Assembly: GCA_944376195.1 (NCBI GenBank)
Contig: CALWBW010000007.1
Location: 3,230 to 67,229 of the forward strand
Length of the DNA: 64,000 nucleotides
Source of the DNA: an uncultured Clostridia bacterium
GTDB taxonomy: Bacteria > Bacillota > Clostridia > Oscillospirales > QAMX01
Direction of reading: 5' to 3'
Position 1 is the first letter of the stretch. Every line of letters starts with the position of its first letter. The notes under the pieces are model-generated. The model was not told the origin of the DNA. It was given only the letters and a program-made list of their open reading frames with translations, and searched no databases. This document shows positions 57,283-64,000 of the stretch, piece by piece. Made by a program: the position numbers and the translations under genes.

Positions 57283-57359
57283 TGGCGCGCTTGAAGGGAC
57301 TCGAACCCCTGACCTACTGGTTCGTAGCCAGTCACTCTATCCAGCTGAGCTACAAGCGC
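57283..57359 (-). tRNA. tRNA-Arg (anticodon ACG)
   Basis: 77 nt. Acceptor GCGCTTG/CAAGCGC, G73, encoded CCA. Anticodon arm ACTGG-CTACGAA-CCAGT. T-loop TTCGAGT. Confidence 0.9.
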
Positions 57360-57386
57360 AACTGCGTCTTTCTTAACGCGAGAGAT

Positions 57387-57415
57387 AGTATAGCACAGCC
57401 TCACATAAAAATCAA
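57387..57415 (-). promoter_or_regulatory. Sigma-A promoter for tRNA-Arg
   Basis: Minus strand TTGATT-17 nt-TATACT, about 28 nt upstream of the mature 5' end. Confidence 0.6.
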
Positions 57416-57642
57416 GAGTTTTTTCAAAAAAAACAAAAACCTTTTTGGCGCTTCCTGCGATGCTCCCAACCCGGCGCTTGCATAATTCCATGCAAAGCTT
57501 TACAATAAAAGAGGATGTGCTGTCCCGTTTGCCGGGGAGCGCATCCAAACGATACTCTTATATTAACAACACACTTATATTTGAGGGGGAACAGGAGGCC
57601 ATACCTCCCGTATTGCCTCCTGCTCTGCAAAGTGCCGCCCCA

Positions 57643-58011
57643 TTATTGCCAGCTGTGGATACTGGTGCCATGCATTCCCAATAGCAACTCCCTAACGCGG
57701 TCGCGTTCTTTTCCGTCAATTTCCAGTTCCAGCCTGGCTTCTCCGGAAAGCGGGATTTCCCCGCTGACGTGTCCGCCCATGGGATAAAACGCCACACCCG
57801 GCGTCATGACATTCATGGGGACCGCCATGCCTGTGTAAAATTCCGCGGCGGCGGGAAAATAAAATTCATCCGTCGGCAAATGCGGAGCCGGAGCCTCGCG
57901 ATTTGTCAGACTGGTCACATTTCGTTTTTGAATCACAATGCCCGCCTCGCTGATCCGGCGTGCCGCGAACTCAGCGTGGTCGGTACTTTCAAAAACAGCG
58001 CTGATTTTCAT
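57643..58011 (-). CDS. Hypothetical 122-aa protein
   Basis: ATG 58011 preceded by GGGAGGGATTGTG. No recognisable motif. The track ORF extension to 58185 overlaps the divergent DUF951 gene. Confidence 0.5.
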   Translation of the reverse strand: MKISAVFESTDHAEFAARRISEAGIVIQKRNVTSLTNREAPAPHLPTDEFYFPAAAEFYTGMAVPMNVMTPGVAFYPMGGHVSGEIPLSGEARLELEIDGKERDRVRELLLGMHGTSIHSWQ

Positions 58012-58076
58012 CACAATCCCTCCCGGGCTAGTATGCCCGAACTTTTCCGATTCCATAACAACCGGTGGTGAGAAAC

Positions 58077-58262
58077 ATGGATATCCGATTAAACGACATT
58101 CTGGAATTGAAAAAAGAACATCCCTGCGGAGGAAAAACCTGGCTGGTGCTGCGTGTAGGGATGGATTTTCGCCTTCGCTGCACAACCTGCGGGCATGAAG
58201 TCATGGTGCCGCGCCGCAAAATTGAAAAAAGCATCAAAAAAATTATCCGGGAGAATCCCTAG
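58077..58262 (+). CDS. DUF951 family small protein (YyzM-like)
   Basis: MDIRLNDILELKKEHPCGGKTWLVLRVGMDFRLRCTTCGHEVMVPRRKIEKSIKKI matches the DUF951 pattern (HPCG...C..CGH..M.PR). Confidence 0.85.
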   Translation: MDIRLNDILELKKEHPCGGKTWLVLRVGMDFRLRCTTCGHEVMVPRRKIEKSIKKIIRENP

Positions 58263-58370
58263 CCATTCTTTCTTGCAGACGGCAAAGTAAAATCCCGGCA
58301 TACTTCGCGGCATATCTCATCCGTCCGGTGCGTATAGATCTTTTAAGAACGGAAAGGACGGTTTGAACTT

Positions 58371-61229
58371 ATGAAGCAGTGCTGTTCCCTCTTGATTTCC
58401 CTTCTTTTGCTTGCTTGTTTTCTGTTTCCGAACGGCGGACAGGCATTCGCGGCAGAGTTGCCGGAAAGTGCGGACTTTCGCGCCGTCTGGGTCTCCACGG
58501 TCTTAAACCTGGATTATCCCGCCGCGCCCACTTCCGACGCGGGAACGCTGGCGCAGCTGGCGGACGTCATATTAGACGGCGCGGCGGAAATGGGATTTCG
58601 TGCGGTCATCTTACAGGTGCGTCCCGCGGCGGACGCCCTTTATCCTTCCGAAATTTTCCCCTGGTCGTATTATCTGACCGGCGAATCCGGGCAGGCGCCT
58701 TCCGACGGTTTCGATCCGCTTGCTTACTGGGTGGAAGCCGCGCACGCGCGCGGGCTCGAGCTTCATGCCTGGATTAATCCCTACCGGATCACCAAAAACA
58801 CCTCAGAACATCTCATTGAAAGCCTGGACCAGCTGCCGGAAGGTTCCCCTGCGCGCGAACACCCCGAATGGGTCGTCCAGTATGGCGGGGATTTTTATTT
58901 TGACCCCGCCCTTCCCGAGGTACGGGCACTTGTTGCAGACGGGGTTCGGGAAATTCTGGAACATTACGAAGTAGACGGCATCCATCTCGACGATTACTTC
59001 TATCCCGGTCAGGATTTTGACGATTCGGCCTCTTATGCCGCTTACGGCGAAGGCCGGGATCTTGCCGACTGGCGGCGGGAAAATGTCAATCAACTCATTC
59101 GCGATCTCCACGCCGTCGTCAGCGGATATCCGGACGCCGAATTTGGCGTCAGCCCCGCAGGTATCTGGGCAAACAGTACGACGGACAGCCGCGGCAGCGC
59201 GACTTCCGGCGGAGAAGCTTACACCCAACACTACGCCGACACCCGTCTCTGGGTAGAAGAAGCCATGCTGGACTACATCTGCCCGCAGATCTACTGGCAT
59301 ATCGGTCATCCTCTGGCAGATTACGCGGAATTGGTTTCCTGGTGGTCCGCGCTTTGCCGGGACTCCCCCGTCAAGCTTTATATCGGCATGGCCGCTTACC
59401 GCGTAGACGGGGAGAGGGAAGACAAAGCCTGGCAGGGATATGAGGAAATCCTGCGTCAGCTGGAACTCAACCGGGAAACGGGCGGCGTCGACGGCGTCGT
59501 GCTCTTCCGTTACGGCAGCCTTGCGGCAAATACGCCGCTTTCCGAAGCGCTTGCCGCCTGGTTTGAGGATCATCCGGTATATGCGCTTGCGGTGCGTCTG
59601 CCGGAACGCAATCTGACCACCGATTTATCTTCCTACTATCTCGGCGGTACGGCGGCGCCGGGCAGCGAACTGACCTGCAACGGCGAACCGGTGACCGCCA
59701 TCTCCTCCGACGGCTATTTCGGGATGCTTGTTGCGCTGGACTACGGTCCCAATATCTTTACTTTCACGCAAAACGGCGTAACCGTAAGCAGGACCATCAT
59801 CCGCACCGACACGCTGCCGGATTACAGCGCGGCGGGATGTCTGACGGCCGCCTTTCCGACCTCCGATTCCTATTTTTTACCCGGATACGAAATCGAACTG
59901 CGCTGCACCGCGCCTGTCGGCGCGTCCGTCAAAGCAGAATTCGGCGGACGGGTCTATGTGCTCCATCCGGATCACACGCCTTCGTCGCAATACACTTCCG
60001 CCGACACTACCGTATTCCGGGCAGTCGTCACCCTGCCGGGAAAGAGCAGCGGTTTGGACGACCTGGGGGCCCCTGTTTATACCATGCGCTGGCGGGGCGA
60101 ACGCCAGCGCATGGCCGCAGCGGGCCATCTTTACCTGGTGCGCGACGGTGAACCGCTCACCGTCCGTATGAACGGCACGGTATACGCCTATGAGACCGCT
60201 TCCACTTCCGGCGGCTGCGTCAACGAATACGCAGAGGGGATGTCGGACCAGGTGGACTATTTCAGCGGCGCATTTTTTAAGCTTTCCTCCGGTTACTGGG
60301 TAAGCGCGCAGGATGTAACAGTCCTGCCGGGCACGCTTTCCGATCCCACGCTCAAAAGCGTACGGCATACGCTTTATCAGGGATACGAGCAGATTGCCTT
60401 TCATAAAAAAGGCGGCGCGGCGGGATATGCCACCTATGACGCCAATACACGGACGGTGACGGTCTGCATTGCGCCGGTGGAAAACGCGCCGGCGCTTTCC
60501 CTGCGCGCAGGCTCGCTGTTCGCCACCTGCGAAGCTTCTTTGGAGGAAAACCGCGCCGTCTATCGCCTGACCCTGAAAGAAGACGTCTCGCTTGGCGGCT
60601 TTTATGTGGAAACAACCGCAAACGGTCTGGCGTTTATTGCCCGGGAAACACGCGCCGTGGCGGACGGAGCCTATCCGCTTCGCGCGCACACCATTGTGAT
60701 TGACGCCGGGCACGGCGGGCCGGCTTCCGGCACGCTGGGCCTTCTGGGGTCTGATTGGCCGGAAAAGGCCGTGAATCTGGAACTTGCCTCGGCGCTTGCG
60801 GATAAACTGCGCGGTCTCGGCGCCACAGTCATCGAAACCCGTACGGACGACACCGATGTCTCGCTGGAAGCGCGCGTGGCCTGCTCGCGCGCCGCACGCC
60901 CGGACCTTTTCCTCTCCATCCACTGCAATAATCTCTCCTCAGACACCGACATGACGTCGGTCGAGGGGTTTTCGCTCTACTACCGCGAAGACCTGTCTCG
61001 GGAAGCGGCGGAAACGCTCTTTGACACCTGCCTTTCGGAGACGTCCGGCGTACAACGCGGCCTGCATGAGCAGAATCTGTATGTCTGCCGGGGGAACTGG
61101 TGCCCGGCCATTCTCTTTGAGACCGCGTTCATGTCTAGTCCTCAGGATTTTGAAAACTTAACTGATCCCGCATGGCGCGACGCCATAACGGACGCGCTGG
61201 CGAAAGGGATTCTTGCCTGGTTCGCGTAA
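58371..61229 (+). CDS. Secreted fusion protein: glycoside-hydrolase-like 10 (DUF187/YngK-type) domain plus C-terminal N-acetylmuramoyl-L-alanine amidase (Amidase_3)
   Basis: Signal peptide ...GGQAFA/AE. FRAVWVSTV..., ILQVRPAADALYPSEIFPWSYYLTG, GLELHAWINPYR. C-terminus IVIDAGHGG...EKAVNLELA...DLFLSIHCNN. Confidence 0.85.
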   Translation: MKQCCSLLISLLLLACFLFPNGGQAFAAELPESADFRAVWVSTVLNLDYPAAPTSDAGTLAQLADVILDGAAEMGFRAVILQVRPAADALYPSEIFPWSYYLTGESGQAPSDGFDPLAYWVEAAHARGLELHAWINPYRITKNTSEHLIESLDQLPEGSPAREHPEWVVQYGGDFYFDPALPEVRALVADGVREILEHYEVDGIHLDDYFYPGQDFDDSASYAAYGEGRDLADWRRENVNQLIRDLHAVVSGYPDAEFGVSPAGIWANSTTDSRGSATSGGEAYTQHYADTRLWVEEAMLDYICPQIYWHIGHPLADYAELVSWWSALCRDSPVKLYIGMAAYRVDGEREDKAWQGYEEILRQLELNRETGGVDGVVLFRYGSLAANTPLSEALAAWFEDHPVYALAVRLPERNLTTDLSSYYLGGTAAPGSELTCNGEPVTAISSDGYFGMLVALDYGPNIFTFTQNGVTVSRTIIRTDTLPDYSAAGCLTAAFPTSDSYFLPGYEIELRCTAPVGASVKAEFGGRVYVLHPDHTPSSQYTSADTTVFRAVVTLPGKSSGLDDLGAPVYTMRWRGERQRMAAAGHLYLVRDGEPLTVRMNGTVYAYETASTSGGCVNEYAEGMSDQVDYFSGAFFKLSSGYWVSAQDVTVLPGTLSDPTLKSVRHTLYQGYEQIAFHKKGGAAGYATYDANTRTVTVCIAPVENAPALSLRAGSLFATCEASLEENRAVYRLTLKEDVSLGGFYVETTANGLAFIARETRAVADGAYPLRAHTIVIDAGHGGPASGTLGLLGSDWPEKAVNLELASALADKLRGLGATVIETRTDDTDVSLEARVACSRAARPDLFLSIHCNNLSSDTDMTSVEGFSLYYREDLSREAAETLFDTCLSETSGVQRGLHEQNLYVCRGNWCPAILFETAFMSSPQDFENLTDPAWRDAITDALAKGILAWFA

Positions 61230-61280
61230 CCGGCCGGCAGCGCATATCTGATTCTTACGAAAAGAAGGAGGCGGAAACGT

Positions 61281-62543
61281 TTGTATACGCCGCTTGCGGA
61301 CAGAATCCGTCCGAAAACGCTCGACGAAGTTGTCGGGCAGGAACATATTTTGGGAAAAGGCTGCATCCTGCGCCGTATCATTGAGAGCGGACGCGTGCCG
61401 AATCTGATTTTCTATGGGCCCTCGGGTACAGGCAAAACTACGGTCGCGGAAATCATCGCGCAGCGCACCAACCGCGCGCTGCGCAAGCTGAACGCCACCA
61501 CTGCCTCAACCGCGGATATCCGCGCCATTATTGAGGAATTAGATGGGTTCACCGGCCTGTCCGGCGTACTCCTCTATTTGGACGAAATTCAGTATTTTAA
61601 TAAAAAGCAGCAGCAGAGCCTTTTGGAATTTATTGAAGACGGCCGCATCACGCTGATCGCCTCGACAACTGAGAACCCCTATTTTGCCATTTTCGGCGCG
61701 GTGCTCTCGCGTTCCACCATCTTCGAATTTCACGCCGTCTCGCCTGCCGCCATGCGGCCCGCGCTGTCCCGCGCATTTGCGCTCGCCTATGGGGGTGCAG
61801 AGCATGTCCCACCCATAGAAGACGGCGTCGTGGACTATCTCTGTTCCGCTTCCGGCGGGGATGTACGCAAGGCGGTCAACGCCGTGGAACTGCTCTCCTC
61901 CGTCTCGCCGGACCGTGTCACGCTCGCCGACGCCGAAACCGTCGCCCAGCGCAGCGCCATGCGCTATGACCGGGACGGCGATGCTCATTACGATATTCTC
62001 TCTGCCCTGCAAAAATCCATCCGCGGTTCCGATCCGGACGCCGCCGTTCACTACCTGGCCCGGCTCCTGGAAGCGGGAGATCTGCTCTCCGCCTGCCGCC
62101 GTTTGATGGTCATCGCCGCGGAGGATATCGGGCTCGCCTACCCACAGGCCATTCCCATCGTAAAAGCCTGCGTGGATTCCGCAACGGCAGTGGGAATGCC
62201 GGAAGCAGCGCTTCCCCTGGCGGACGCGGCCATCCTGCTTGCCACCGCGCCGAAATCCAACTCCGGTCACAATGCGATTCTCGCAGCGCTCTCCGATATC
62301 CGCATGGGCCGCACCGGCGCAGTCCCGCGCCATCTGCAAAACGTCCATGCCGACGGCTATGGTTTTGAACGGGAGCAGGGCTATCTTTACCCCCATGATT
62401 TCCCTCACCACTGGACGCCGCAGCAATACCTCCCGGACGAACTTGCCGGCCGTGTCTATTACGAATATGGAGAAAATAAAACGGAACAGGCCGCGCGCGC
62501 CTACTGGGAGAAAATCAAAGGTGCTTCCGACTCCAAAACGTAA
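61281..62543 (+). CDS. rarA: Replication-associated recombination protein A (MgsA/RarA)
   Basis: TTG start after GAAGGAGG. PLADRIRPKTLDEVVGQEH, GPSGTGKTT, LYLDEIQYFNK, MgsA C-terminal domain (YD.HYD..SA..KS.RGSD). Confidence 0.92.
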   Translation: MYTPLADRIRPKTLDEVVGQEHILGKGCILRRIIESGRVPNLIFYGPSGTGKTTVAEIIAQRTNRALRKLNATTASTADIRAIIEELDGFTGLSGVLLYLDEIQYFNKKQQQSLLEFIEDGRITLIASTTENPYFAIFGAVLSRSTIFEFHAVSPAAMRPALSRAFALAYGGAEHVPPIEDGVVDYLCSASGGDVRKAVNAVELLSSVSPDRVTLADAETVAQRSAMRYDRDGDAHYDILSALQKSIRGSDPDAAVHYLARLLEAGDLLSACRRLMVIAAEDIGLAYPQAIPIVKACVDSATAVGMPEAALPLADAAILLATAPKSNSGHNAILAALSDIRMGRTGAVPRHLQNVHADGYGFEREQGYLYPHDFPHHWTPQQYLPDELAGRVYYEYGENKTEQAARAYWEKIKGASDSKT

Positions 62544-62615
62544 GCTCTCTCAAGAAAAACGGAGAATTTCCTGTTTTTCCAATCCATTCCGCCGGTATTT
62601 GTGCAATTTGCCCCA

Positions 62616-62644
62616 TTTACTTTACCATGCTAACATGTTATAAT
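62616..62644 (+). promoter_or_regulatory. Sigma-A promoter (extended -10) for the amino-acid ABC operon
   Basis: TTTACT-17 nt-TATAAT, preceded by TGt. Confidence 0.5.
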
Positions 62645-62698
62645 GCCGTTACGTCAGTGAGGCATTGACGAATCAACAACTTTTCAGGGGTATGGAAC

Positions 62699-63511
62699 AT
62701 GAAAAAGAAACTTCTCGCGATGTTATTGGCAGTACTGATGCTGACCGCACTGATGGCAGGTTGCCAGCAGGAACCCGCGGAAAGCGAAGAGGGTACGCGG
62801 ACCTTCACCGTCGGTTTCGACGCGGAATTCCCGCCCTATGGTTACATAGACGACAACGGCGATTATGACGGATTTGACCTGGCGCTTGCCGCGGAAGTCT
62901 GCGACCGTCTCGGCTGGGAACTGGAACTTCAGGCCATCGTCTGGGACTCCAAGGACGCAGAACTGGAGTCGGGCAATATCGACTGTATCTGGAACGGCTT
63001 TACAAAGAGCCCGGACCGTGAGGACGACTACACCTGGTCCGTCCCCTATGTGGATAACTCTCAGGTAATCGTCGTGCGCGATGACAGCGGCATTGCGTCG
63101 CTGGCAGATCTCGCGGGCAAAACGGTGATGGTACAGGCCGGTTCCTCCGCGCTCAGCGCGCTCGAGGGCGAGGACTGTGCGGAACTGACCGCGACTTTCG
63201 GCGAGCTTTTAGAGGTTGCCGACTATAACGCCGGCTTTATGGAGCTGGAAAACGGCACGATTGACGCACTTGCCATGGATATCGGCGTAGCGAACTATCA
63301 GATTGCCACGCGCGGCGGCGGGTACACGATTCTCGATGAATCCATCGCCACCGAGGTATACTGCGTTGGTTTCCTGCTGGGCAATACGGAGCTCATGTAT
63401 ACCGTGCAGGGTGTCCTGCTTGAAATGGCGGAAGACGGCACCATGCTGGAAATCGCGGAACAGTATGTGGACCGCGGTCTGGTCATCGATTCGCTCTGCC
63501 TGATCGACTAA
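62699..63511 (+). CDS. Amino-acid ABC transporter substrate-binding lipoprotein
   Basis: Lipobox LMAGC. Family-3 SBP pattern (FTVGFDAEFPPYGY, GFDLALA, DCIWNGFT). Confidence 0.88.
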   Translation: MKKKLLAMLLAVLMLTALMAGCQQEPAESEEGTRTFTVGFDAEFPPYGYIDDNGDYDGFDLALAAEVCDRLGWELELQAIVWDSKDAELESGNIDCIWNGFTKSPDREDDYTWSVPYVDNSQVIVVRDDSGIASLADLAGKTVMVQAGSSALSALEGEDCAELTATFGELLEVADYNAGFMELENGTIDALAMDIGVANYQIATRGGGYTILDESIATEVYCVGFLLGNTELMYTVQGVLLEMAEDGTMLEIAEQYVDRGLVIDSLCLID

Positions 63512-63575
63512 TTTTTGCTACACACGCGGGCGGGGGCTGCGGTTCCCGCCCATTTCACCTACCTGTGAGGTTCTT

Positions 63576-64000
63576 ATGACGTTTGCTACCATGGTATCCC
63601 AGTTGGCCGAGGGGCTGCTGGTTTCCGTTGAAATCTTTTTGCTGACGCTCGTCGGGTCACTCCCGCTCGGGCTTCTTGTTGCGTTTGGGCGCATGTCGAA
63701 ATGGAAGCCCCTGCGGCTGATTGTCCAGTTCTATATTTCGGTCATGCGCGGCACTCCGCTGGTTTTGCAGCTCATGGTGGTTTATTTCGGTCCGTCCATC
63801 CTGTTCGGCTGGAATATTCCGCGTTTTTCTTCGGTCATACTCGGGATGATTTTAAACTATGCGGCTTACTTTGCGGAAATTTACCGCGGCGGCATTGAAT
63901 CTATGCCGGCCGGCCAGCATGAAGCGGCTGCTGTGCTGGGTTATACGAAGGGACAGACATTCTTTAAAATCATCATGCCGCAGGTATTCAAGCGAATCCT
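63576..64000 (+). CDS. Amino-acid ABC transporter permease (5' part, runs off the right edge)
   Basis: Translation from ATG 63576: MTFATMVSQLAEGLLVSVEIFLLTL...ISVMRGTPLVLQLMVVYFG...YFAEIYRGGIESMPAGQHEAAAVLGY (HisM/GlnP-type EAA region). Absent from the ORF track because there is no stop in the window. Confidence 0.85.
   Translation, partial: MTFATMVSQLAEGLLVSVEIFLLTLVGSLPLGLLVAFGRMSKWKPLRLIVQFYISVMRGTPLVLQLMVVYFGPSILFGWNIPRFSSVILGMILNYAAYFAEIYRGGIESMPAGQHEAAAVLGYTKGQTFFKIIMPQVFKRI

Noticed and set aside
57478-57506. Plus-strand promoter-like TTGCAT-17 nt-TACAAT
   Set aside because: The next plus-strand gene is about 570 nt away, and a transcript from here would be antisense to the 122-aa ORF. 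The TTGCAT is half of a TTGCAT-N6-ATGCAA palindrome that more simply forms a hairpin in the minus-strand 3' UTR. An antisense or small RNA cannot be excluded without transcript data.
1-64000. Window-wide look for CRISPR arrays, IS elements or inverted terminal repeats, integrases, toxin-antitoxin pairs, and rRNA
   Set aside because: I found no spaced direct-repeat array. No transposase-, recombinase- or integrase-like ORF appears in any frame of the track. There is no 16S, 23S or 5S signature. The only repeats are short in-frame coding repeats (42495-42800, 50713-50757, and the Asn-rich run near 29950-30110). This eye-based scan cannot exclude diverged or very small elements.

Overview
GC-rich, almost entirely core-genome window. 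It most likely comes from an endospore-forming Firmicute (Clostridia-like). That taxon is an inference from spoIIR, a T-box leader, and the DUF512-der, rbgA-rnhB-yraN and tig-clpP-clpX-lon-engB gene orders. I call about 56 protein genes (two truncated by the window edges), 2 tRNAs (Gln-CUG, Arg-ACG), one Trp-specific T-box leader, about 20 intrinsic terminators and a set of sigma-A-like promoters. All were read by eye from the sequence and ORF track. All product names rest on recognised motifs, not on database searches. I saw no rRNA, CRISPR array, transposase, integrase, phage or plasmid genes, and no obvious defence island. The only tandem repeats are short coding low-complexity repeats. Main blocks: (1) translation and ribosome biogenesis: der, rpmF, yceD, rpmB, rplS, lepB, rbgA, rnhB. 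(2) Proteostasis: tig, clpP, clpX, lon, engB. (3) MoxR-DUF58-DUF4129 trio. (4) Heterodimeric ABC exporter with a long leader. (5) prfA and spoIIR. (6) T-box::trpB-A-D-C-F operon lacking trpE/trpG. (7) Miscellaneous metabolism, transport and cell-wall genes. The most unusual object is a full-length P-type ATPase homologue (42492-45830, minus). Every catalytic and ion-site signature I can align is replaced (DKTGT->QKTGV, A-domain TGES->PGGF, PEGL->PSSF, GDGxND->GTRASD). It also carries a ~200-aa basic-then-acidic PEVET-repeat tail and is followed by a lipoprotein and an SDR gene. I regard it as the best candidate for something undescribed, but I cannot show that it forms a multi-gene system. The other findings are moderate or low interest and are labelled as such.
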